A stretch of 64,000 nucleotides of DNA from Acidithiobacillus sp. (GTDB lineage: Bacteria > Pseudomonadota > Gammaproteobacteria > Acidithiobacillales > Acidithiobacillaceae), in assembly GCF_049965315.1 (NCBI RefSeq), contig NZ_JBMFWL010000003.1, positions 15,716-79,715 on the forward strand. Reading direction: 5' to 3'. Under the pieces are notes generated by a model. That model made no database searches. It was not told the DNA's origin and was given only the letters and a program-made list of their open reading frames with translations. Shown in pieces: positions 44,650 to 52,049 of this stretch. Within the stretch, counting starts at the first letter, position 1. Each line of letters begins with the position of its first letter. Position numbers and translations under genes: made by a program.

Positions 44650-44712
44650 ACCTAAATCCGGCAGTTGGCAGGATCAGGGTGGCGGCAAGGCCATTCCGGC
44701 CAGCTTTGGCGT

Positions 44713-45345
44713 TCAATCCCGACCGTGGCGCGGCCGGTAGGGCGTTGCGTGGCCGAGGTGAAAACGGAAATTTTGCGCATAGAGTGCCGTCAGGGGAGGG
44801 TTGCCGCGCAAAATCAGGAGGTTCTCCGCGTTGGACTGCTCCGCCGCCCTGCTGAAATTGAAGCTGCCCGTGATGACCGTGCCCCCATCGATGATCATCA
44901 CCTTGTTGTGGGCGATGGCATGCTGGTCGTCGATGTAGACCGGCACTCCCTGATTGGCGAAAAAATCGGCCTCGGAATACTGCTGGGTACGCTGACTCTT
45001 GTCCAGCAGGACGGTCACCTGCACCCCGCGTTTCGCCGCCGCCAGCACCGCCTTGGCAATGGGCGCACTGGTGAAACTATAGGCCTGCACCCAAAGCCGC
45101 TGCCGCGCCTCTCCCAGCGCCGCAACGATGGCCGCCGTCGCGCCCCCTGACGGCGAAAAGGCCACCTGGATGCTGCCCACGGCAGGTACCGTGCTCGGTG
45201 AAGCCGGTAGATTGGCCGTCGCCGCCGACCAGCGCTCCGCCACCGCCGTCCTGGCCGTTGCCCACCAGTCTTCGGCCCGGGCCCATCCGGGCATCCCCAG
45301 GATGACCAGCGCCAGAGCAATGGCGCAGCGGCCATGGCCGCGCAT
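44713..45345 (-). CDS. Secreted phospholipase D-family protein (Nuc-like endonuclease, single HKD)
   Basis: Start trimmed to ATG 45345 (MRGHGRCAIALALVILGMPGWARA signal peptide). HKD motif AIAHNKVMIIDGGTVITGSFNFS. Confidence 0.75.
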   Translation of the reverse strand: MRGHGRCAIALALVILGMPGWARAEDWWATARTAVAERWSAATANLPASPSTVPAVGSIQVAFSPSGGATAAIVAALGEARQRLWVQAYSFTSAPIAKAVLAAAKRGVQVTVLLDKSQRTQQYSEADFFANQGVPVYIDDQHAIAHNKVMIIDGGTVITGSFNFSRAAEQSNAENLLILRGNPPLTALYAQNFRFHLGHATPYRPRHGRD

Positions 45346-45525
45346 CACCCGGCACCAGCCCGGATATGCAGCGCAAAAATCGCCCGCTGCCCATGACGAG
45401 GCCCCTGCATTGCCAATCCCCGGCGAGCCGAACCCCCATGGAGCGCTTTGCAAGCGCCAAGCATCTTACCCCGGTGGCGGGAGCGCAAATGGAGCAGCCG
45501 AAACGTTCGGATCACGGCACTCCCG

Positions 45526-45720
45526 CTAGGGGCGAGGCGGAAGGATCTCTCTGACCGGCAGCTTGGCGTTGGCCGGGTTGCTCCTGGCTGCCGCTACCGC
45601 CTCATCGCGGGTCGCATGCTTGGAGAAGCCGTAGATCACGCCGGCATCGCGGCTCACCCGGAACTTCCAGAGTGGCGCGCCGTTCATTTTGACCGGATAA
45701 ACTTCGATGCAGGATTCCAT
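45526..45720 (-). CDS. Small hypothetical protein, possibly a single YegP/DUF1508-like domain
   Basis: ATG 45720 is preceded by GAGAGGAAACC. 64 aa. WKFRVSRDAGVIYGFSKHATRDEAVAAARSN resembles the FRFxLKAxNGExI..S..Y.S...A..GI.SV..N repeat of YegP. This assignment is tentative. Confidence 0.4.
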   Translation of the reverse strand: MESCIEVYPVKMNGAPLWKFRVSRDAGVIYGFSKHATRDEAVAAARSNPANAKLPVREILPPRP

Positions 45721-45822
45721 GGTTTCCTCTCTATCGTGATCGTCGACTTTGACGCCGGATAAGACCAAAGACAAGCGTTGCGCAGAAACAGCAAACAACA
45801 TCAACAGGATACAACGAATGAA

Positions 45823-46121
45823 TGGCGGAGGCGGTGAGATTCGAACTCACGAGGGGCGCGAACCCCTGCCGGTTTTCCGTACCACTATGGCTTTCGCCAC
45901 CAGCCACGCTGTTTGCGGTCTGGATCATGCCTTCGCCATAGCCAATGGCCTTAGGCGGGAACCGTCTGATCTCTACACCTTCCGGCGGCGCCGGCTTGGC
46001 TCGGCGTTACCTCGCTGGTCCGCAGGGGCTTCGCCGAATTTGATTCCTGACACCCGGAGGGTTTCCCCCCCGGGGCTCGATGGGACAAGACCGGTGCAAT
46101 CAACCACTCTGCCACACCTCC
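45823..46121 (-). tRNA. tRNA-Ser(UGA), split gene: exon 1 at 46121..46087, group I intron, exon 2 at 45877..45823
   Basis: Exon 1 reads GGAGGTG-TG-GCAG-AGTGGTTGA-TTGC-A-CCGGT-CTT. Exon 2 reads GAAA-ACCGG-CAGGGGTTCGCGCCCCTC-GTGAG-TTCGAAT-CTCAC-CGCCTCC-G-CCA. Joined, they give a 90-nt class-II cloverleaf with anticodon loop CUUGAAA (UGA), a long variable arm and a G73 discriminator. Confidence 0.8.
45878..46086 (-). ncRNA. Group I self-splicing intron (IC3, Azoarcus-like), 209 nt, no ORF
   Basis: The internal guide GAG (intron nt 9-11) pairs with exon CUU, giving U.G at the 5' splice site, and the terminal nucleotide is G. P2 is CCCGGGGGG-GAAA-CCCTCCGGG, and P4 is UUCGGCG/CGCCGAG. The blocks CAAAUUCGGCGAA, AACGCCGAGCCAAGC, GAAGGUGUAGAGA, CCUAAGGC and GCUAUGG are identical to the Azoarcus tRNA-Ile intron as I recall it. 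There is an extra P9 extension, CUAUGGC...GGCGAAAGCC-AUAG. Confidence 0.85.
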
Positions 46122-46205
46122 GTTGACGTATTTTATCCGAACTTGGAGCGCGCAGATAGAACCCCGACGGCTTTTCCTGGTCTCATAGAGTCCGGGTTTC
46201 TGGCG

Positions 46206-46312
46206 TTTCCCGGCAGCCGTTATGCTATTGTTGAAGTTGATGGCTGCGGTAAGGGCTTTCGAAAATCTGTGCCTCCATTCCGGAAGTGGAGTGGGGATGT
46301 TTTCCCGGCAGC
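46206..46312 (+). repeat. 12-nt direct repeat TTTCCCGGCAGC (46206-46217 and 46301-46312)
   Basis: Exact 12-mer present twice, 95 bp apart, in the divergent region between the split tRNA-Ser and the membrane-protein gene. Confidence 0.5.
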
Positions 46313-46333
46313 GCGGACGGAAAGGGAGGTTTC

Positions 46334-47161
46334 GTGGGCAACGCCTTGAATCCGAAAACGGTAGAGCGCGGCTGGGGCCTGCGCTGGTTGCGCGAATCGC
46401 GGGATCTCCTCCGTGCCGGGCCGATTCCCTTCACGGTGCTTTACCTGGCGCTCGCGGCCATCAATATGACCTGGCAGCCTGCCCTGCTCAGTTTTCCCAT
46501 TGCCTGCGGCACCAGCGTACTGATCATGGGCTGCGCCATGGCGGTGCATGGGGGGATCACGGATCTGGCGGGAGTCTTGCGCGCCATTCGCGATCTCCCC
46601 TGGTTGGGTCTCCTGCGCCTGCTGGCCGAAATTACGGCGCTGATCCTCGCCATACTGATCCTCATGCTTCTGCTGCACCGCTTCCTGGGCAACATCCTCA
46701 GCCAGGACCACCTGTCCGCTGCGGCGAACCTGGGCCATGCCCGGGAGAGCCAATGGCTGGCCCTGCCCCTATGGATACGCTCCTGGATCAGCAACGCCCT
46801 GGGCAATACCCAGGAAACCGTCGGCAATGCCTTTTTGATCCTGTCCATCGGCATCATGCTGATGGGAGTCACTCGGCACGCCAGCATCGCATTCATTGCC
46901 GGTTTTTCCGGCGTATTACGCAATATCCGGGTGTGGATGGCTTTTTTGCTGGCATCCTTGCTGATCGAAGGCATGGCTACGGCGCTGTCGGGGATCATCG
47001 CCACCGTCAACGCGGCCATTTTGGCGGCTCTGCTCAGCAATGCCGTGCTGCTCTTTTCCGGCGTCTATGGCTGGTGCTTTGTGCAGGAGGTCTTTGGCGA
47101 ACCGGGTAAGCGGGTGGCGCTAAAGAAGGCGGCAAAGGCCGTGCGAACGGCGGCGGCATAA
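46334..47161 (+). CDS. Hypothetical polytopic inner-membrane protein
   Basis: GTG 46334 is preceded by AAAGGGAGG (the alternative GTG at 46286 has no Shine-Dalgarno sequence). 275 aa with about six hydrophobic segments and an N-terminal GWGLRWLRESRDLLRAGPIPFTVLYLAL. No family assigned. Confidence 0.6.
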   Translation: MGNALNPKTVERGWGLRWLRESRDLLRAGPIPFTVLYLALAAINMTWQPALLSFPIACGTSVLIMGCAMAVHGGITDLAGVLRAIRDLPWLGLLRLLAEITALILAILILMLLLHRFLGNILSQDHLSAAANLGHARESQWLALPLWIRSWISNALGNTQETVGNAFLILSIGIMLMGVTRHASIAFIAGFSGVLRNIRVWMAFLLASLLIEGMATALSGIIATVNAAILAALLSNAVLLFSGVYGWCFVQEVFGEPGKRVALKKAAKAVRTAAA

Positions 47162-47264
47162 GCAGGGAAGCGACGTTCAGGGTCGCGCCCACATCCGTTG
47201 TGTGCCGTCGATTTCGTTCTGCGGACGGCGCCCCTCCCCAGGAGGGGAGAGCGGATTCCAACCC

Positions 47265-47286
47265 CAGCATATAATCTTATATGCTG
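47265..47286. repeat. Perfect 22-bp palindrome CAGCATATAA-TC-TTATATGCTG
   Basis: 10-bp arms with no mismatches in an AT-rich intergenic patch, followed by ATTTTCTTCT. It is either a weak terminator for the upstream gene or a dimeric regulator site about 40 bp upstream of the next promoter's -35. Confidence 0.6.
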
Positions 47287-47325
47287 ATTTTCTTCTACTT
47301 TATAGCGCGATCAAAAAATACGCGC

Positions 47326-47354
47326 TTGGTAAGCCCTTACCCTCCCGATATACT
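47326..47354 (+). promoter_or_regulatory. Sigma70-like promoter TTGGTA-N17-TATACT
   Basis: TTGGTA at 47326-47331, a 17-nt spacer, and TATACT at 47349-47354, about 50 nt upstream of ATG 47407. The short hairpin GCCCG-TCAT-CGGGC lies in the predicted leader. Confidence 0.5.
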
Positions 47355-47406
47355 CCCAGCATGCCCGTCATCGGGCACATCAACAGCACACACAGAGGGA
47401 AAATCT

Positions 47407-47919
47407 ATGAACAAAAAGATCGCATTGGCTATGGTCATGGGGTTGAGTCTCGCAGGATCAACGGTCGCATTGGCTGACGTGCCGGTCTTCATGTCGCCGG
47501 TCTGGGCGCAGGAACTCTGCACGGCGTGGAACAGCAACGCGACCCTCACGGACAAGCTGGGCGGCAGTTGGATCAAGAACAACGGCGGCAAGGGTTACAA
47601 GATCATGGAGATCTCGGACTCCAACTACAAAAATGTACCCCCCGTCCAGTTGGAGATTGCCGCCAAAGACGGCAAGGCCCTATGCACCTATGGTGGTGCC
47701 GTCAAGGCAAAGGATCTCAACTACGATTACGACTACAAAATGTGGGCTACCACCCACGACTGGCATCACATGGGCTCTCCCATGACCGCCATGATGTTCG
47801 GACGCCTCAACTTCAAGGGTCCCAAGATGGAAGCCATGGAAAACATGGGCCCCTTCTCCGAATTCCTGAAGCTGGTCAAGGAAGTGCCCGGCAACGACAA
47901 GGTCGCTCCTGCTGCCTGA
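47407..47919 (+). CDS. Secreted SCP2 (sterol-carrier-like) domain protein
   Basis: ATG 47407 follows GAGGGA. Signal peptide MNKKIALAMVMGLSLAGSTVALA-DV. The layout is SCP2-like (W..ELC..WN.....L...G...I.....VQLEIA.DGKA.....A....DYDYKMWATTHDWHHMG.PMTAMMFGRLNFKGPKMEAMENMGPF.EFLKL). The assignment comes from pattern memory, not a search. Confidence 0.55.
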   Translation: MNKKIALAMVMGLSLAGSTVALADVPVFMSPVWAQELCTAWNSNATLTDKLGGSWIKNNGGKGYKIMEISDSNYKNVPPVQLEIAAKDGKALCTYGGAVKAKDLNYDYDYKMWATTHDWHHMGSPMTAMMFGRLNFKGPKMEAMENMGPFSEFLKLVKEVPGNDKVAPAA

Positions 47920-47939
47920 TTCCGCCCCGTAAGCCGCTA

Positions 47940-47976
47940 AAAAAAGGGAGAAGCAGGGCGCTGTTCAGCGCCCTGC
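47940..47976 (-). terminator. Rho-independent terminator ending gatCAB (hairpin shared by convergent genes)
   Basis: GCAGGGCGCT-GTTC-AGCGCCCTGC hairpin at 47953-47976. On the minus strand it is followed by TTCTCCCTTTTTT. Confidence 0.6.
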
Positions 47977-47986
47977 CCCTGCAAGA

Positions 47987-49414
47987 TCAAGCCTTCAGCT
48001 TTTCCCGCAACAAGGCATTGACTTGGTCGGGATTGGCCTTGCCCTTGCTGGCCTTCATGACCTGGCCCACAAAGAAGGCCAGGAGCTTGTCCTTGCCCCC
48101 CCGATAATCCGCCACCTGCTGCGGATTCGCTCCAATGATCTCGTCAATGAGACCGGCAATGGCCCCGCTATCGGTGATCTGCCGTAGACCACGGCTAGCG
48201 ATGATGGCGTCCACTTCGCCGCCCTCGGCAAAGATCATCTCAAACAGGTCCTTGGCGATCTTGCCGGAGATGGTTTGGTCGCCAATGCGTTGCAGCAAGG
48301 TACGGAGCTTTTCCGCCGCAACCGGACAGCTTTCCATCTCCAGGCCGGCCTTGTTCAGTGCCCCCAGCAAATCGCCCATGACCCAGTTGGCGGCCATCTT
48401 GGCATCTACCCCCATGGCCACCGTTTCGTAATAGTCGGCCACGGCGCGGCTGGCCGTCAGCACCTCGGCATCGTAGGCCGGCAGGCCATACTGCTGCATG
48501 AAGCGGTCGCGCTTGGCATCCGGCAATTCGGGTAACGACGCCCGTACCGATGCGATGCGCGCCTCGTCAAAAACCAGGGGCAGCAAGTCGGGGTCGGGGA
48601 AGTAGCGGTAATCGTTGGCCTCTTCCTTGCTGCGCATGGAGCGGGTTTCCCCCTTGTTGGCGTCGAAGAGGCGGGTTTCCTGAATGATCTTGCCGCCGCT
48701 TTCGAGGATGTCCCGCTGCCGCTCCATCTCGTATTCGATGGCTTTTTCCAGGAAGCGGAAGGAGTTGAGATTCTTGACCTCCGCACGGGTACCGAAGGGC
48801 GCGCCGGGACGGCGCAGGGAGACATTGGCATCGCAACGAAAGGAACCCTCCTGCATATTACCGTCGCAAATATCCAGATAGCGCACCAGGGCGTGGAGCT
48901 TCTTGAGGTAGGCAACCGCTTCCGCCGGGGAACGCATGTCGGGTTCCGAAACGATCTCCAGCAGCGGCGTACCGGCGCGATTGAGATCGATGCCCGTCTG
49001 CCCGGGAAAGGCCTCATGGAGGGATTTTCCGGCGTCTTCTTCCAGATGCGCGCGGGTAATGCCAACCACCTTTTCCCGACCATCCGCCAAGGCGATGGTC
49101 AACTGGCCCTGGCCGACGATGGGCAATTCATACTGGCTGATCTGATAGCCTTTGGGCAGGTCCGGATAGAAATAATTCTTGCGGGCGAAAACGCTGCGCC
49201 GGTTGATCTGGGCGTTCACCGCCAGACCCAGGGCAATGGCCTTGTCCACTGCCGCGGCGTTGAGCACCGGCAAGGCCCCCGGCAATGCCAGGCAAACGGG
49301 GCAGGTCTGCGTATTGGGCGCGGCGCCGAAGACCGTGGGGCAGGCACAAAAAATCTTGCTGGCCGTATTGAGTTGCGCATGCACCTCAAGGCCGATGACG
49401 ACTTCCCATTCCAT
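47987..49414 (-). CDS. gatB: Asp/Glu-tRNA amidotransferase subunit B
   Basis: Start trimmed to ATG 49414 ([17 protein letters not shown]). [10 protein letters not shown]-terminal YqeY-like tail. Confidence 0.95.
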   Translation of the reverse strand: MEWEVVIGLEVHAQLNTASKIFCACPTVFGAAPNTQTCPVCLALPGALPVLNAAAVDKAIALGLAVNAQINRRSVFARKNYFYPDLPKGYQISQYELPIVGQGQLTIALADGREKVVGITRAHLEEDAGKSLHEAFPGQTGIDLNRAGTPLLEIVSEPDMRSPAEAVAYLKKLHALVRYLDICDGNMQEGSFRCDANVSLRRPGAPFGTRAEVKNLNSFRFLEKAIEYEMERQRDILESGGKIIQETRLFDANKGETRSMRSKEEANDYRYFPDPDLLPLVFDEARIASVRASLPELPDAKRDRFMQQYGLPAYDAEVLTASRAVADYYETVAMGVDAKMAANWVMGDLLGALNKAGLEMESCPVAAEKLRTLLQRIGDQTISGKIAKDLFEMIFAEGGEVDAIIASRGLRQITDSGAIAGLIDEIIGANPQQVADYRGGKDKLLAFFVGQVMKASKGKANPDQVNALLREKLKA

Positions 49415-49418
49415 AATG

Positions 49419-50891
49419 CTATTCCTTTGCCGGTGCCAGGGCCGGCCGTTGCCGGTGCCAGTCCGTTTCCTGCTGAAAACGATGGGCCACATTGAGCAGC
49501 AGGCCGTCGGTAAAATAATTGCCCATCAACTGCATGCCGATGGGCAATCCACCCGCGGTGAAACCGCAGGGAATGCTCATGGCCGGGATGCCCGCCAGAT
49601 TCACGGCGATGGTGTAGATATCCGCCAGATACATGGCGACGGGGTCCTGGGCCTTATCCCCCAGGGCAAAGGCCGCCGTCGGCGTGGTGGGCCCGACAAT
49701 GACATCCACCTCGGCAAAGGCCTGGCGGAAGTCCTCGCGAATGAGGCTGCGCACTTGCTGTGCCTTGAGATAATAGGCATCGTAGTAGCCCGCCGAGAGG
49801 ACATAGGTGCCGATGAGGATGCGCCGCCGCACCTCGGCACCAAAACCTTCATAGCGACTGCGCTGGTACAGATCGGTGAGGTCTTCCACGCCGGCGGCAC
49901 GATAGGTGTAGCGAACTCCGTCGAAACGCGCCAGATTGCTGGAGGCCTCGGCCGGCGCCAGGACATAATAGGTGCTCACGGCGTGGGCGTTGTTGGGCAG
50001 ATGGATGGATTTGATCACGGCACCCTGGGCCGCCAGGACGCGGATACCCGCCTCCACCGCGGCCGCCACTTCCGGATCCAGGCCGGCACCGAAAAATTCC
50101 TCCGGGACCCCCACCCGCAGGCCTTGGAGGGGCGCATCCAGGGTAGCCGCAAAGACCCCTGCGGCTTCGGGATGACTGGTCGCATCGCGTGGATCATGGC
50201 CCGCCATCGCTTCCAGCAGCAGCGCGCAGTCTTCCGCCGTCTTCGCCAGCGGACCGCCCTGGTCCAGGCTGGAAGCAAAGGCAATCATGCCGTAACGGGA
50301 CACCCGCCCGTAGGTGGGCTTGATGCCCGTCACCCCGCAAAGGGCCGCCGGCTGGCGGATGGACCCGCCGGTATCGGTTCCGGTGGCCGCCGGCACCAGC
50401 CGTGCGGCCACCGCCGCCGCCGAACCACCGGAGGAGCCCCCCGGCACCCGCTGCAGATCCCAGGGATTATGCACAGCGCCGAAATGGCTTGTTTCATTGG
50501 ACGAGCCCATGGCGAACTCGTCCATGTTGAGCTTGCCCAGCATGACCATGCCGGCAGCCTGCAAACGCTCCACGACGGTGGCATTGTATGGAGCGGTAAA
50601 TCGCTCCAGCATGCGCGAAGCGCAGGTGGTACGCACTCCTGCGGTACAAAAGATGTCCTTGTGCGCCATGGGGATCCCCAACAAGGCCCCCTCCTCCCCC
50701 GCCGCCAGGCGCCCGTCGGCCGCCGCCGCCGCGGCAAGGGCCGCGGCCTCGGTAACGGTGATGAAGGCATTGAGGGCGGGGTTATGGGCCGCCACACGAT
50801 CCAGATAAAAGCGAGCAAGCTCCTGCGCCGAAACCCGGCGGGAGCGCAAGGCGTCGCGGAGTTCCCGCAAGGAAGCTTCACTGAGATCCAC
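49419..50891 (-). CDS. gatA: Glu-tRNA(Gln) amidotransferase subunit A
   Basis: 490 aa. Amidase signature [13 protein letters not shown]...[12 protein letters not shown]. Confidence 0.95.
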   Translation of the reverse strand: MDLSEASLRELRDALRSRRVSAQELARFYLDRVAAHNPALNAFITVTEAAALAAAAAADGRLAAGEEGALLGIPMAHKDIFCTAGVRTTCASRMLERFTAPYNATVVERLQAAGMVMLGKLNMDEFAMGSSNETSHFGAVHNPWDLQRVPGGSSGGSAAAVAARLVPAATGTDTGGSIRQPAALCGVTGIKPTYGRVSRYGMIAFASSLDQGGPLAKTAEDCALLLEAMAGHDPRDATSHPEAAGVFAATLDAPLQGLRVGVPEEFFGAGLDPEVAAAVEAGIRVLAAQGAVIKSIHLPNNAHAVSTYYVLAPAEASSNLARFDGVRYTYRAAGVEDLTDLYQRSRYEGFGAEVRRRILIGTYVLSAGYYDAYYLKAQQVRSLIREDFRQAFAEVDVIVGPTTPTAAFALGDKAQDPVAMYLADIYTIAVNLAGIPAMSIPCGFTAGGLPIGMQLMGNYFTDGLLLNVAHRFQQETDWHRQRPALAPAKE

Positions 50892-50900
50892 GAAGGGCTC

Positions 50901-51188
50901 CTATTCGATTACTTTGGGCACGAGAAAAAGACCATCCCGGGCGGCGGGAGCGTTTTGCATCAGCGCCTCGCGACGGTCCGGATTCTGCGCAATATCAGGC
51001 CGCAGGGGCTGCTCCAGATCCAGGGGATGGGCCATGCTGTCCACCCCCTCGGTGGGGACGTTGCGCAAGGCTTCCACCATTTCCATGATGCGCTCCAGTT
51101 GCTCGGCCACGGCTGGCACCTCGGCCGTCGGCAAGGAGATACGCGCCAGATGCGCCGTTCGTATTACCGCTTCTGCATCAAAAGCCAT
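50901..51188 (-). CDS. gatC: Asp/Glu-tRNA amidotransferase subunit C
   Basis: 95 aa. Typical GatC size, placed directly upstream of gatA. AAGGAG Shine-Dalgarno sequence at 51195-51200. Confidence 0.9.
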   Translation of the reverse strand: MAFDAEAVIRTAHLARISLPTAEVPAVAEQLERIMEMVEALRNVPTEGVDSMAHPLDLEQPLRPDIAQNPDRREALMQNAPAARDGLFLVPKVIE

Positions 51189-51212
51189 CTCTTACTCCTT
51201 TTCCTGCGGACG

Positions 51213-52049
51213 TCACGGATGCGCCGGAGCGCGGGCGGACGTTGCCGGGGCCGTATCGGCACCGCTTGCCGCTGGCGATGTCGCCGCAGCGGGCTCCGGC
51301 AAAGGTCCCAGCCCCTCCAGAAGCTGACTCTTGCTGACCTCCCCGCCGTTGATCAGGTACTGCTCATGCTGTTCCCAGGCATTGCGCATGAATACATAGG
51401 GGTTGACGGCCTCCTGCACCATGCGAATGCTCTCACGCTCGGTGTAGCCGGTATCTACCACCCCCATGCCCGACAGGGCGTACTGCGCGGTGCTGCTGCT
51501 GATGTAATACGCGGGTCCGGTGAAGATGCTCATGGCAATGCCCGGCAGATTGCGTACGGAACTGGGTCCGTAAAAAGGGAGGACCAGGTAGGGCCCTTGC
51601 GGTACGCCCCACACTCCCAAGGTCACCCCAAAGCCGTTGTCGTGGGGGGGCAGGTCGAGCTTGTTGGCCACGTCAAAGAGACCGCCCAGACCGAAAATGG
51701 TGTTCACCAGAAAACGGCTGAGGTCTTCCATGCCCTGTCGGCCACGCCCCTGCAGGAAGTCATTGATGAAAATATAGGGGGTGCCCACATTGCTGAAGAC
51801 ATTGCTCACCCCTTCCCGAAACACTTCCGGAGTCACGGCGCGGTAGCCCTCCGTCACCGGGTGCAGCACATAGTCCCAGAGGCCCATGTTGAAATGAAAA
51901 ATAGGCCGGTTAACGGGTTCCAGCGGATCCGAACTGTCCGCCACGACAGAACCATGCGTCCCTTGACCGGGGGTATCAGCCGCCGCGCAGGCTGAGAGGC
52001 CGACACTCATGGCCAGAATGCCGGCGCACAGGATCACTCCTCGCCTCAT
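51213..52049 (-). CDS. MlaA/VacJ-family outer-membrane lipoprotein
   Basis: Start trimmed to ATG 52049 (ATGA overlap with the upstream stop). Lipobox LSAC in MRRGVILCAGILAMSVGLSACAA. DPLEPVNRPIFHFN and GPYLVLPFYGPSSVRN blocks. Confidence 0.8.
   Translation of the reverse strand: MRRGVILCAGILAMSVGLSACAAADTPGQGTHGSVVADSSDPLEPVNRPIFHFNMGLWDYVLHPVTEGYRAVTPEVFREGVSNVFSNVGTPYIFINDFLQGRGRQGMEDLSRFLVNTIFGLGGLFDVANKLDLPPHDNGFGVTLGVWGVPQGPYLVLPFYGPSSVRNLPGIAMSIFTGPAYYISSSTAQYALSGMGVVDTGYTERESIRMVQEAVNPYVFMRNAWEQHEQYLINGGEVSKSQLLEGLGPLPEPAAATSPAASGADTAPATSARAPAHP

Noticed and set aside
44650-44712. Possible attR-type repeat of the tRNA-Ser(UGA) 3' end that would bound a genomic islet.
   Set aside because: Only a 6-7-nt coincidence (TGGCGG) with the tRNA 3' end. 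No extended direct repeat and no integrase gene.
46122-46170. Promoter for the split tRNA-Ser (TAAAAT 8 nt upstream of the mature 5' end on the minus strand).
   Set aside because: The -10-like hexamer is present, but I found no acceptable -35 at 16-19 nt. This is too weak to list as a feature.
49179-51995. 938-aa plus-strand ORF. Similar long ORFs: 21215..23614 (799 aa), 13701..15368 (555 aa), 56812..58536 (574 aa), 43378..44355 (minus) and 52417..53832.
   Set aside because: Each lies antisense to, or out of frame with, genes that have unmistakable family signatures (gatA/gatC/mlaA, secD, bioA, hpnN, moeA, hpnH). Their translations are Arg/Gly/Pro/His-rich low-complexity strings, typical of shadow ORFs in high-GC DNA.
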